Shown here one piece after another: positions 27,246 to 36,667 of a stretch of 61,725 nt of DNA (position 1 is the stretch's first letter; each line of letters begins with the position of its first letter). Made by a program: the position numbers and the translations under genes. The DNA lies in the NCBI GenBank assembly GCA_047920975.1, contig JBLRXC010000003.1:1-61725 (forward strand), read 5' to 3'. The DNA comes from Bacteroidales bacterium. Lineage in GTDB: Bacteria > Bacteroidota > Bacteroidia > Bacteroidales > JAADJA01. The notes below the pieces were generated by a model that saw only the letters and a list, made by a program, of their open reading frames with translations, searched no databases and was not told the DNA's origin.

Positions 27246-27806
27246 ATGAAGCTTTATATCAAAAATATGGTTTGTGATCGCTGCATCATGGTAGTGAAAA
27301 ATGAATTGAAAAAATTGGGGTATCAACCTGTGGCCATTTCTTTGGGAGAAGTGGAAGTGGATATAGATTTGACCGACGCTGAAAAAAAGAAACTTGACAA
27401 TCATTTGAAAACCTTTGGGTTTGAAATCATTGATGACAGGAGAAGCAGGATAATCGGGCAAATTAAATCTTCCATCATTGAACTGGTTCACCGGCAAAAC
27501 AGCGAACTGAAAACCAATCTGTCAACCTATCTGAGCAATAAGCTGCATCATGACTACACCTACCTTTCCAATTTGTTTTCAGAAGTGGAAGGCACAACCA
27601 TAGAGAAATATTTCATTGCCCAAAAAATTGAAAAGGTCAAAGAATTGTTAGTATATGATGAACTATCGCTTGGTGAGATTGCATATCAAATGAATTATTC
27701 AAGTGCAGCATACCTTAGCAATCAATTTAAAAAAGTAACCGGGCTTACACCTGGTCATTTTAAAAACATCAGAGCGGAAAAACGCAAGCCATTAGACGAG
27801 GTGTAA
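27246..27806 (+). CDS. AraC-family transcriptional regulator with N-terminal HMA-like (CxxC) metal-binding domain
   Basis: N-terminus MKLYIKNMVCDRCIMVVKNELKKLG is HMA-like. The C-terminal AraC HTH is LSLGEIAYQMNYSSAAYLSNQFKKVTGLTPGHF. Confidence 0.8.
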   Translation: MKLYIKNMVCDRCIMVVKNELKKLGYQPVAISLGEVEVDIDLTDAEKKKLDNHLKTFGFEIIDDRRSRIIGQIKSSIIELVHRQNSELKTNLSTYLSNKLHHDYTYLSNLFSEVEGTTIEKYFIAQKIEKVKELLVYDELSLGEIAYQMNYSSAAYLSNQFKKVTGLTPGHFKNIRAEKRKPLDEV

Positions 27807-27887
27807 ATGTTATATTTATTTTCAAAAATCTTGTAACGTCATTGGCTCATTCTGTTGCGACCTTTGCATTGTATTAAATTAAAAGGT

Positions 27888-28421
27888 ATGGCATCAAATG
27901 ATCAACAAATAGATCTCCCACTCGAAGGAGTTGATAGCGAACATTGTGCTCTGATTGTCGACAATGGCTTAAGTAAAGTCAATGGCATTGATTCACATCG
28001 GGTTGAGCTGAACAACAGGCGTGCTGTAATTCATACCAGGAACAATGAAACCATAACAGAAGCTGTAAAAACCATCAGGGATTTGGGCTATGATGTGACT
28101 ACAATCAGAGAATCATTCTCCGTCCTGGAAATGACCTGTACTTCCTGTGCCGTCAGTGTGGAGAGCATATTAAAATCTCAAACAGGTATTGTGGATGCAG
28201 TGGTCAATTTTGCAACGGCAACAGTTTCCGTTGAGTTTATCCCGGAACTGGTCCATCCGGATGATATGCGAAAAGCCGTTCAAAGCATAGGCTACGATTT
28301 GTTGACAGATGATAACACTTCCGGCCAGGAAACCATTGAATCCATTCATCATATGAACAATAACAAAAATATGAAACCAGGTTATGAATTGATTTCGGCT
28401 AGTTTTATGAGAACAAATTGA
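27888..28421 (+). CDS. two-HMA-domain protein resembling the N-terminal metal-binding region of a CopA-type ATPase (no membrane/ATPase part)
   Basis: ATG at 27888 (the ORF-track start at 27855 is a TTG). The first HMA is degenerate (LEGVDSEHCALIV); the second is canonical (LEMTCTSCAVSVESIL). The ORF ends ~35 aa after the second HMA with no TM segment. Confidence 0.6.
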   Translation: MASNDQQIDLPLEGVDSEHCALIVDNGLSKVNGIDSHRVELNNRRAVIHTRNNETITEAVKTIRDLGYDVTTIRESFSVLEMTCTSCAVSVESILKSQTGIVDAVVNFATATVSVEFIPELVHPDDMRKAVQSIGYDLLTDDNTSGQETIESIHHMNNNKNMKPGYELISASFMRTN

Positions 28422-28453
28422 ATTTTAAGATGTTACATTAAAAAAGATTTATT

Positions 28454-28852
28454 ATGAAAACAACAATTTTCATCGCAATTTTTGCCTTTATCTTTGGGCA
28501 TGGTTATACTCAAACAGGCTTTCACCAACAACCCGGCACATCTGAATTTAAGGTTTATGGTAACTGTGGAATGTGTAAAGCCCGTATTGAGAAAGCTGCT
28601 AAAACTGATGGTGTTACCTCAGCTGTTTGGGACAAGGATACAAAAATCCTGAAAGTGAAATACCAGCCTTCGAAAATCAGGGTTGCGACCATCCACAAAA
28701 ATATTGCAGAAGCCGGACACGATACCGAAAAGGAAAAAGCCAGTGATGAAACATACAACAGCCTGCCTGCTTGCTGCCATTACAAAAGAAGGGCTGCAGA
28801 CGAAACAGGACAAATGATCAAGAGTGGTGGCAACTGCTGCAGCAAGCATTAA
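28454..28852 (+). CDS. secreted heavy-metal-associated domain protein with Cys-rich tail
   Basis: Signal peptide MKTTIFIAIFAFIFGHGYTQ. HMA variant VYGNCGMCKARIEKAAK. C-terminal CCHYKRR...GGNCCSKH. Confidence 0.7.
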   Translation: MKTTIFIAIFAFIFGHGYTQTGFHQQPGTSEFKVYGNCGMCKARIEKAAKTDGVTSAVWDKDTKILKVKYQPSKIRVATIHKNIAEAGHDTEKEKASDETYNSLPACCHYKRRAADETGQMIKSGGNCCSKH

Positions 28853-28993
28853 TCTGCCCTCCTAATTATGGAACTTATGTGATTTGTTAGTCAAAGATTA
28901 CAAGCCAAAAGATAATTCATTGTAAAAAGTGATTCAGTATTTGATTGGCTTGTTTTCATTATTCATTTTTTCCTTTAAATAATATTCTGAAAA

Positions 28994-31081
28994 ATGAAAG
29001 ATCATAGCCGGGAAAGACACGATCAATCAAAACATGTTCATAAAAAGGATGATCCGGAAAGCAATCACAATAAGAAAGAACAGCTTCAAGATTCTTCTCA
29101 CGACCACCATGCCGAGCATGCTGATGGCGGCCATGACAAACACGCCGGACACAATGTTGCCGATTTCTGGAAGCGTTTTATAATCAGCTCCTTTGTCACT
29201 GTTCCAGTGCTGGCCTTGTCTCATATGATTCAGGAATGGTTGGGATTCGAGCTGGCTTTCCCGGGTGATAAATATGTTTTGGCGATCCTGTCAACTTTCA
29301 TCTTTGTATATGGAGGTTTTCCATTTTTAAAAGGTTTGTATGATGAAGTAAAAGACAGAGCCATTGGCATGATGACCCTGATTGGTGTAGCAATCACAGT
29401 TGCCTGGGCTTATAGTGTTGCCATTACCTTCGGCCTGGAAGGAATGGACTTTTACTGGGAAATGGCAACCCTGATAGATATTATGCTGATCGGACATTAC
29501 TTCGAAATGAAGTCGGTAATGGGCGCTTCCCGCTCTCTTGAGTTGCTTGTTAAAATGTTGCCTTCCACAGCTCATCTTCTTAAAAATGACACAGTAGAAG
29601 ATGTCAAGGTTAGTGAGCTTAAGAAGGATGATATTGTTATGGTGAAACCGGGCGAAAAAGTGCCGGTAGATGGCATTGTGATAGATGGTGTGAGCTACGT
29701 TGATGAAAGCATGCTTACAGGAGAAAGCAAACCTGTAAAAAAAGAAAAGAACAGTGATGTTATTGGTGGGGCCGTAAACGGAAATGGCTCTCTAAATATC
29801 AAAGTGGTAAGTACTGGTAAGGACAGCTACCTGAGTAAGGTAGTAAAACTAGTTGAAGATGCTCAAAAGATAAAATCCAAAACCCAGAATTTTGCTGATC
29901 GCGCTGCGAAAGTATTGACATTTGTGGCATTGGGTGGCGGAGCCATTACTTTGACAGTTTGGTTGTTTTTGGGATTCCCCTTTGTGTTCGCATTAGAAAG
30001 AATGGTAACAGTAATGGTAATCTCATGCCCCCATGCCCTGGGATTAGCGGTGCCTTTGGTAGTGGCGATTTCTACTTCTGTTTCAGCACAAAAAGGATTT
30101 CTTATCCGAAACAGAACAGCCTTTGAGAATGCGAGACTGATTACCACCATCATCTTCGATAAAACCGGAACACTCACCAAAGGCTCTCATGAACTGCAGG
30201 AAGTAATAGTTTTAGATGAACAATTTGATGAAAACGAACTCCTTAGACTGGCTGCTGGTATTGAACAACATTCAGAACATTATATTGCAGCAGGCTTAAT
30301 GCGTAAGGCCAAAGAATTAAAAATAAAAACTCCTGAATCTGAAAAATTCAATTATTTGCCCGGACAAGGCCTGGAAGGCATTGTTGAAGGTAAGGACATA
30401 AAAGTAGTAGGTCCCAATTATCTGAAAGAAAACAATATTGACAATGTTGAAACCAAAGTTGAATTTACTGGCACAATCGTATATTTGTTGATAGATAAGT
30501 TGGTAAAAGGGTATTTTACTTTTTCCGATCAGATAAGGGAAGAATCTTTTGAAGCCGTGAAATTGCTCAAAGAAGCCGGTATTAAGAATCTACTACTTAC
30601 AGGCGACAATGAAAAAGTAGCAAAAAAGGTAAGCGATGAATTAGAAATGGACGGCTTTTTAGCTAATATGTTGCCCCATGACAAACTTGAAAAGGTAAAA
30701 GAGCTCCAGGGTAAAGGTGAATTTGTGGCCATGACTGGTGATGGAATAAATGATGCTCCCGCTTTGGCACAGGCAGATGTGGGCATAGCCGTAGGTTCAG
30801 GAACAGATGTAGCTGCAGAAACAGCCGACATTATTCTGGTTAACTCCAACCCGAAAGATATAGCAAGCCTGATTATTTTTGGCAGGGCCACCTACAAAAA
30901 AATGATACAAAATCTTTGGTGGGCGGCTGGATATAATGTAGTTGCCATTCCTTTGGCAGCAGGTGTTTTATATCAATGGGGTTTTTTACTTAGCCCGGCT
31001 GTAGGAGCTGTGCTGATGAGCTTAAGCACCATTGTGGTTGCCATTAATGCTCAGCTACTTAGGAAGCAGATTAAAAGCTGA
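28994..31081 (+). CDS. copB: heavy-metal P1B-type ATPase, CopB-like (CPH motif, His-rich N-terminus)
   Basis: His-rich N-terminus (HDHHAEHADGGHDKHAGH). TM6 motif SCPHALGLAVP. Phosphorylation site DKTGTLT. Hinge GDGINDAPALAQADVG. The subtype is inferred from CPH plus the His-rich tail. Confidence 0.85.
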   Translation: MKDHSRERHDQSKHVHKKDDPESNHNKKEQLQDSSHDHHAEHADGGHDKHAGHNVADFWKRFIISSFVTVPVLALSHMIQEWLGFELAFPGDKYVLAILSTFIFVYGGFPFLKGLYDEVKDRAIGMMTLIGVAITVAWAYSVAITFGLEGMDFYWEMATLIDIMLIGHYFEMKSVMGASRSLELLVKMLPSTAHLLKNDTVEDVKVSELKKDDIVMVKPGEKVPVDGIVIDGVSYVDESMLTGESKPVKKEKNSDVIGGAVNGNGSLNIKVVSTGKDSYLSKVVKLVEDAQKIKSKTQNFADRAAKVLTFVALGGGAITLTVWLFLGFPFVFALERMVTVMVISCPHALGLAVPLVVAISTSVSAQKGFLIRNRTAFENARLITTIIFDKTGTLTKGSHELQEVIVLDEQFDENELLRLAAGIEQHSEHYIAAGLMRKAKELKIKTPESEKFNYLPGQGLEGIVEGKDIKVVGPNYLKENNIDNVETKVEFTGTIVYLLIDKLVKGYFTFSDQIREESFEAVKLLKEAGIKNLLLTGDNEKVAKKVSDELEMDGFLANMLPHDKLEKVKELQGKGEFVAMTGDGINDAPALAQADVGIAVGSGTDVAAETADIILVNSNPKDIASLIIFGRATYKKMIQNLWWAAGYNVVAIPLAAGVLYQWGFLLSPAVGAVLMSLSTIVVAINAQLLRKQIKS

Positions 31082-31129
31082 ACAGGCATATAACAGCTTT
31101 AAACTTTTTTGTGTTTAATACATAAAACT

Positions 31130-34100
31130 ATGCTCAACAAACTCATTCGCTTTTTTCTTGAAAACAAACTGGTAACTGTTTTATTGCTTGCCCTTTTTAT
31201 TGGATGGGGAATTATTACTTCGCCATTTGGCTGGCAAATTGGGGCTTTGCCTTCTGATCCTGTTTCGGTGGATGCCATCCCCGATATTGGCGAAAACCAG
31301 CAAATTGTTTTCACCGAGTGGATGGGCCGCTCCCCACAGGATATCGAAGACCAGATTTCCTATCCGCTTACCACATATTTGCTGGGAATTCCGGGTGTAA
31401 AATCCATCCGGAGTTCTTCCATTTTTGGATTTTCCAGCATCTTCATCATTTTTGAAGAAGGCATTGAGTTTTACTGGTCGCGCTCGCGAATTCTCGAAAA
31501 GCTGAGTTCGCTTCCATCCAATTTGTTGCCAGAAGGTGTACAACCGGCACTTGGCCCCGATGCCACGGCTTTGGGGCAGGTGTACTGGTACACCATTGAA
31601 GGCCGCGATAAAGAAGGTAATCCTACAGGTGGCTGGGATTTACATGAAATACGTACCGTTCAGGATTTCTATGTGAAATACGGACTGAATGCCACCGAAG
31701 GTGTTTCGGAAGTTGCTTCAATCGGTGGGTTTGTGCAGGAATACCAGATTGATGTGAACCCTGATGCCCTGAAAGCATACAACATTCCGCTACATAGCGT
31801 GATGCAGGCTGTTCGTAAATCGAACAGAGACGTTGGCGCCAAAACCATCGAAATCAATCAGGCTGAATACCTGGTGCGCGGATTGGGCTACATCAAAAGT
31901 GTGGAAGACATTGAAAAAGCCGTTGTAGCCGTTCAGGAAAATGTGCCCATCCGTATTCAGGATATTGGCAAGGTAAGCTTAGGTCCTTCCACCCGGCGCG
32001 GCGCCCTGGATAAAGACGGAGCCGAGGTAGTTGGGGGCGTTGTGGTTGCCCGGTATGGCGCAAATCCATTGCAGGTTATCAATAACGTGAAAGATAAAAT
32101 CAGGGAAATTTCGCCCGGACTGCCCAAAAAGTTGCTCCCCGACGGAACGGAAAGCCAGTTGACCATTGTGCCATTTTACGACCGTTCGGGCCTCATTTAC
32201 GAAACACTCGGAACGCTGGAAGAAGCTATTTCACTGCAAATTTTAATTGTCATACTAGTAGTCATTGTAATGGTGTACAATCTGCGGGCTTCGTTTTTGA
32301 TTTCCAGTTTATTGCCCATTTCCGTACTGATGGTTTTTATCGCCATGCGCTATTTTGGTGTCGATGCCAACATTGTGGCTTTATCTGGTATTGCCATTGC
32401 CATTGGGACGATGGTCGATTTGGGGGTGATTCTTTCGGAGAACATCATCAAGCATGTCGATGAAGCTCCGCCCGGACAAAAATTGATAACCACCATTTAT
32501 AACGGTGCTTCGGAAGTTAGTTCTGCAATTCTTACCGCGGTTTCAACTACAATCGTAAGTTTTATACCGGTATTTACCATGCAGGCTGCCGAAGGAAAAC
32601 TGTTTGGGCCTTTGGCTTTTACCAAAACCTTTGCACTGATCGCAGCGCTGATTGTTTCCTTGTTCATTTTGCCCATGCTGGCCCACTGGTTTTTCGGTGC
32701 CCGCATTAAAAGCCGTTCAATCAGAAAATGGGTGAATATAATTCTCATTCCTATTGGAATTACCGCTCTTTTATTCGGGCAAACCTGGGGTGGATTGATG
32801 CTGCTGGCTTTTGGAATAGTTGGAGTGTTAAAAGAGTTTAGAGGAGAGAAGTTAGAAGTCAGAAATGAGAAGCTAGACGAAGGCGCTACTTCTAACAATA
32901 CCTCAATTCAGGAAAAATTCAAATTATTCACCCATTGGATCCTTGAACACGCTGAAATCATCATTGTGGTTATTGGCGTGATCTGGCTGCTGGCCAAATA
33001 TTGGCTTCCGCTAGGGCCTGCCAAAAGTCTGGTAATGAACGTTACCTTTGTGGCCTTGCTGGTGATTCTTATCTTGGGGTTCTTCACAATCCTGGAGTAT
33101 TTCTACAAACCAATACTAAAATGGTGTTTGGATCATAAGGTCACATTCCTTTTGATTCCTTCATTCCTGATACTTTTTGGAGCAACTACCTGGATGGGAT
33201 TCAACAATATTTTTGGTTTTATGGCCAAAGGTTTTGATACAGTTGGATGGAATGTCCGTACCACCAAAATATGGTCTGGTTTAACCCATACCTTCCCCGC
33301 TATCGGGAAAGAATTTATGCCTTCACTCAACGAAGGAAGCTTTTTGCTGATGCCTACTTCCATGCCCCATTCAGGTTTTGAATACAACCGAAAAGTTTTA
33401 GGTCAACTGGATATGCTTATTTCCAACATCCCTGAGGTGGAAATTACCGTGGGAAAATTAGGAAGGGTAGAGTCGGCACTCGACCCGGCACCAATCTCCA
33501 TGTATGAAAACGTGATAAATTACCGTCCGGAGTACATGCTGAATGATAAAGGGCACCGGGCGCGGTTCAAAGTGGACAGGGACGACCGGTTTATTCTTGT
33601 CTCGGGAGACACGCTTTCCAACGAAGAAGCATTGGAACGGGGCATTTTGCGTGAAGATTTAATTCCCGATAACCGTGGTAACTATTACCGCAACTGGCGG
33701 CCTGAAATCAAATCGCCCGATGACATATGGAATGAAATCGTGAGAGTGGCTAAAATCCCGGGGGTTACCTCTGCGCCAAAGCTGCAGCCTATTGAAACAC
33801 GGCTGGTGATGTTGCAAACCGGGATGCGTGCCCCCATGGGGATTAAAGTGTATGGCCCCGACCTGAACACCATTGAAGCATTTGGGATGCAACTGGAAGA
33901 GGTATTAAAAGAAGTACCTTCAGTAAAGGCCGAAGCGGTGTTTGCCGACCGGATTGTGGGCAAACCTTACCTGCATCTCAACATCAACCGCGAAAAAATT
34001 TCGCGGTATGGTTTAACTATTGAAGATGTGCAGCAATCTATCGAAACGGCCATTGGAGGAATGAAAATTACTTCAACTGTTGAAGGCCGCGAACGTTTTC

Positions 34101-35011
34101 CGGTGAGGGTGCGCTATCCTCGCGAACTTCGGGATGACCCTGAATCGTTGGGTAAAATTTTAATTCCAACACCAACAGGTGCGCAAATACCCATCTCCCA
34201 GATTGTGGACTTTGAATATGTACGAGGTCCCCAGGCAATCAAAAGTGAGGAGACTTTTTTGGTGGGATATGTTTTATTTGATAAAAGAGTGGGGTACTCA
34301 GAAGTAGGAGTGGTCAACGATGCGCAGAATACAATTCAGGGCAGGATTGATTCAGGGGAATTAAGCGTTCCCGCAGGAATCAGCTACAAGTTTTCGGGTA
34401 GTTACGAGAACCAGGTACGGGCTGAAAAACGCCTTTCGATTATTGTTCCATTGGTATTAATCATTGTATTTTTAATTCTCTACTTCCAGTTTAAATCAGT
34501 CACCACTTCCCTGATGGTCTTTTCCGGCATTGCCATGGCCTTTAGCGGCGGTTTTATGATGATATGGCTATACGGGCAGGGATGGTTTGTTGATTTCTCC
34601 ATATTTGGTGCCAACATGCGGGAGCTTTTCCAGATGCACACCATCAACCTGAGTGTAGCGGTGTGGGTTGGTTTTATTGCGCTTTTTGGAATCGCAACCG
34701 ATGACGGTGTGTTGATGGCCACTTACTTAGACCAGAGTTTTGCCCGTAACAAAACAGATAACCTGAAAGGAATCCGCGCGGCAGTTGTAGAAGCCGGGCA
34801 GCGGAGAATCAAGCCTGCCGTTATGACTTCGGCAACCACGATTATTGCATTGCTGCCGATTCTTACTTCAACCGGCCGCGGCGCCGATATTATGATTCCG
34901 ATGGCTATTCCAGCATTTGGGGGGATGATTTTTGCCGCCATTACCTATTTTATTGTACCTGTGCTTTACAGCTTTAGGGAAGAGAGAAAATTAAAAACAA
35001 TACAATCATGA
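31130..35011 (+). CDS. cusA: CusA/CzcA-family heavy-metal efflux RND permease, unusually long (1293 aa)
   Basis: ATG at 31130 (MLNKLIRFFLENKLVTVLLL, a typical RND start). RND blocks run throughout (GENQQIVFTEWMGRSPQDIE; ATDDGVLMATY). Extra hydrophobic helices lie at ~32700-33130. Cu/Ag specificity is inferred from the neighbours only. Confidence 0.85.
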   Translation: MLNKLIRFFLENKLVTVLLLALFIGWGIITSPFGWQIGALPSDPVSVDAIPDIGENQQIVFTEWMGRSPQDIEDQISYPLTTYLLGIPGVKSIRSSSIFGFSSIFIIFEEGIEFYWSRSRILEKLSSLPSNLLPEGVQPALGPDATALGQVYWYTIEGRDKEGNPTGGWDLHEIRTVQDFYVKYGLNATEGVSEVASIGGFVQEYQIDVNPDALKAYNIPLHSVMQAVRKSNRDVGAKTIEINQAEYLVRGLGYIKSVEDIEKAVVAVQENVPIRIQDIGKVSLGPSTRRGALDKDGAEVVGGVVVARYGANPLQVINNVKDKIREISPGLPKKLLPDGTESQLTIVPFYDRSGLIYETLGTLEEAISLQILIVILVVIVMVYNLRASFLISSLLPISVLMVFIAMRYFGVDANIVALSGIAIAIGTMVDLGVILSENIIKHVDEAPPGQKLITTIYNGASEVSSAILTAVSTTIVSFIPVFTMQAAEGKLFGPLAFTKTFALIAALIVSLFILPMLAHWFFGARIKSRSIRKWVNIILIPIGITALLFGQTWGGLMLLAFGIVGVLKEFRGEKLEVRNEKLDEGATSNNTSIQEKFKLFTHWILEHAEIIIVVIGVIWLLAKYWLPLGPAKSLVMNVTFVALLVILILGFFTILEYFYKPILKWCLDHKVTFLLIPSFLILFGATTWMGFNNIFGFMAKGFDTVGWNVRTTKIWSGLTHTFPAIGKEFMPSLNEGSFLLMPTSMPHSGFEYNRKVLGQLDMLISNIPEVEITVGKLGRVESALDPAPISMYENVINYRPEYMLNDKGHRARFKVDRDDRFILVSGDTLSNEEALERGILREDLIPDNRGNYYRNWRPEIKSPDDIWNEIVRVAKIPGVTSAPKLQPIETRLVMLQTGMRAPMGIKVYGPDLNTIEAFGMQLEEVLKEVPSVKAEAVFADRIVGKPYLHLNINREKISRYGLTIEDVQQSIETAIGGMKITSTVEGRERFPVRVRYPRELRDDPESLGKILIPTPTGAQIPISQIVDFEYVRGPQAIKSEETFLVGYVLFDKRVGYSEVGVVNDAQNTIQGRIDSGELSVPAGISYKFSGSYENQVRAEKRLSIIVPLVLIIVFLILYFQFKSVTTSLMVFSGIAMAFSGGFMMIWLYGQGWFVDFSIFGANMRELFQMHTINLSVAVWVGFIALFGIATDDGVLMATYLDQSFARNKTDNLKGIRAAVVEAGQRRIKPAVMTSATTIIALLPILTSTGRGADIMIPMAIPAFGGMIFAAITYFIVPVLYSFREERKLKTIQS

Positions 35012-36234
35012 AGTTCATAATAAATATCATAATCCTGATGATTCTGGGAATTACAGCAGGACAAGCCCAAACCCTGGATGATTATTTCAGAATTGCGGCC
35101 GAAAACAATCCCGGCCTGCAAGCCAGATACAAAGAGTTTGAAGCCTCGTTGCAAAAAGTGCCGCAGGTAAGCACATTGCCCGACCCCACTTTTTCTTTCG
35201 GCTATTTTATTTCGCCGGTTGAAACGCGGGTGGGGCCGCAACGCGCCAAATTTTCACTTATCCAGATGTTCCCCTGGTTTGGCACGCTTAAGTCCCAGGG
35301 CGATGCCGCTGCTTTAATGGCTGAGGCCAAGTACCAGTCGTTTCTCGATGCACGCAACCAATTGTATTACCAGGTTACAGCGGCTTACCATCCACTTTAC
35401 GAACTCAACCAGTGGAAAAAGATTGAAAAGGAAAACATCAACATTCTGGAATCATATAAAAACATTGCCAATTCAAAGTTTAAAAGCGGCACTGCTCCCA
35501 TGGTGGATGTGCTGAGGGTTGATATTATACTGAAGGATGCCACAACCAGCCTGAGTATTCTGAATGAGAAAGAAAAATCACTTCGCACCTTGTTTAATAA
35601 ACTACTCAACAGAGATGAAAATGAAGAAATTGCAATAAATGATTCCCTGCCGGCAGAAACTTTAGCGGCAGACTTCCAAAAAGATTCCCTGCTGACAAAT
35701 AACCCGGTGTTAAATGCACTCGACCTAAAAATCAAAGCGAGCGAAGCCGGTGAACGGGCAGCACAAAAGCAGGGCCTTCCAAAGGTGGGTGTTGGACTGG
35801 ACTATGTAGTGGTTGGAGAACGAACAGATATGTCATTGGCCGATAATGGCAAAGATGTGTTAATGCCTATGGTTTCGGTAAGCATTCCGCTATTCAGGAA
35901 AAAGTACGATGCGGCTGAAAAAGAAGCACAACTGATGCAGGAAAGTTTTGCTTTGCAAAAAGCTGAAATGGAGAATTCACTCACTTCAGCCTATGAAGTG
36001 GCCTGGTTTCAAATTCAGCAGCAAAAGCAACTTTTAACGCTTTACGAACAACAAATTCAAACATCGCAACAGTCATTGAATTTGCTTTTTACTTCCTATG
36101 GAAACTCAGGGAAGGAATTTGAAGAAGTACTGCGTATGCAGCAGCAACTGCTGAAATACGAAAAAATGAAAGCTACAGCAGAGGTTCAATACCAAACTGC
36201 ATGGGCAAGAATTAAATACTTAATAGCGAAATAA
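35008..36234 (+). CDS. TolC-family outer membrane efflux protein
   Basis: ATGA overlap with the RND gene. Signal peptide MKFIINIIILMILGITAGQA. Two OEP-type repeats (LDDYFRIAAENNPGLQA...; NPVLNALDLKIKASE). Confidence 0.8.
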   Translation: MKFIINIIILMILGITAGQAQTLDDYFRIAAENNPGLQARYKEFEASLQKVPQVSTLPDPTFSFGYFISPVETRVGPQRAKFSLIQMFPWFGTLKSQGDAAALMAEAKYQSFLDARNQLYYQVTAAYHPLYELNQWKKIEKENINILESYKNIANSKFKSGTAPMVDVLRVDIILKDATTSLSILNEKEKSLRTLFNKLLNRDENEEIAINDSLPAETLAADFQKDSLLTNNPVLNALDLKIKASEAGERAAQKQGLPKVGVGLDYVVVGERTDMSLADNGKDVLMPMVSVSIPLFRKKYDAAEKEAQLMQESFALQKAEMENSLTSAYEVAWFQIQQQKQLLTLYEQQIQTSQQSLNLLFTSYGNSGKEFEEVLRMQQQLLKYEKMKATAEVQYQTAWARIKYLIAK

Positions 36235-36274
36235 TTTGCTGATGATTTGATTTGCTGATTTGCTGATGATTTGA
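36235..36274. repeat. short tandem repeat TTTGCTGATGATTTGA / TTTGCTGA / TTTGCTGATGATTTGA
   Basis: Read directly after the TolC stop codon. Its reverse complement (ATCAGCAAA units) matches the 8-mer array at 36764-36811. Confidence 0.85.
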
Positions 36275-36317
36275 TGAGATAATTGAAATTAATTGGTTCA
36301 CAATAAATTAAAAGATT

Positions 36318-36665
36318 ATGGAAAGAAAAAATGAGATACTGGAAATTAGTTTGGAGTTTGCTTTAATGATAATTGAATTTTCAGAGCTACTCGAACTTAA
36401 AAGAAAATATGTTATTGCCAGGCAACTCTTAAAGAGTGGTACATCTATTGGGGCAAATGCAAGAGAGGCACAAAGTGCTGAAAGCAAAGCTGATTTTATT
36501 CATAAACTTAAAATTGCTCATAAAGAAGCTGAAGAAACCCAATATTGGCTGTTGCTTTGTGAGAAAGCACCTTCGTACCCCTCACCACCTGATCAAATGA
36601 ACGCAAGCTTACTGTCTATACAAAAGCTTTTGAGTAGAATAATATCAACGTCTAAATTGAAGTAA
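36318..36665 (+). CDS. four-helix-bundle protein (23S rRNA intervening-sequence protein family, TIGR02436-like)
   Basis: RQLLKSGTSIGANAREAQSAESKADFIHKLKIAHKEAEETQYWLLL matches the family signature (S-I-x-A-N-x-x-E ... E-x-x-Y-W). 115 aa. Confidence 0.85.
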   Translation: MERKNEILEISLEFALMIIEFSELLELKRKYVIARQLLKSGTSIGANAREAQSAESKADFIHKLKIAHKEAEETQYWLLLCEKAPSYPSPPDQMNASLLSIQKLLSRIISTSKLK

Positions 36666-36667
36666 CA

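Noticed and set aside
36235-36287. Possible CRISPR-like or minisatellite array after the TolC gene.
   Set aside because: There are only 2.5 units of 16 nt with no spacers. It is far too short and lacks CRISPR architecture, so I treat it as a simple tandem repeat (see the findings).
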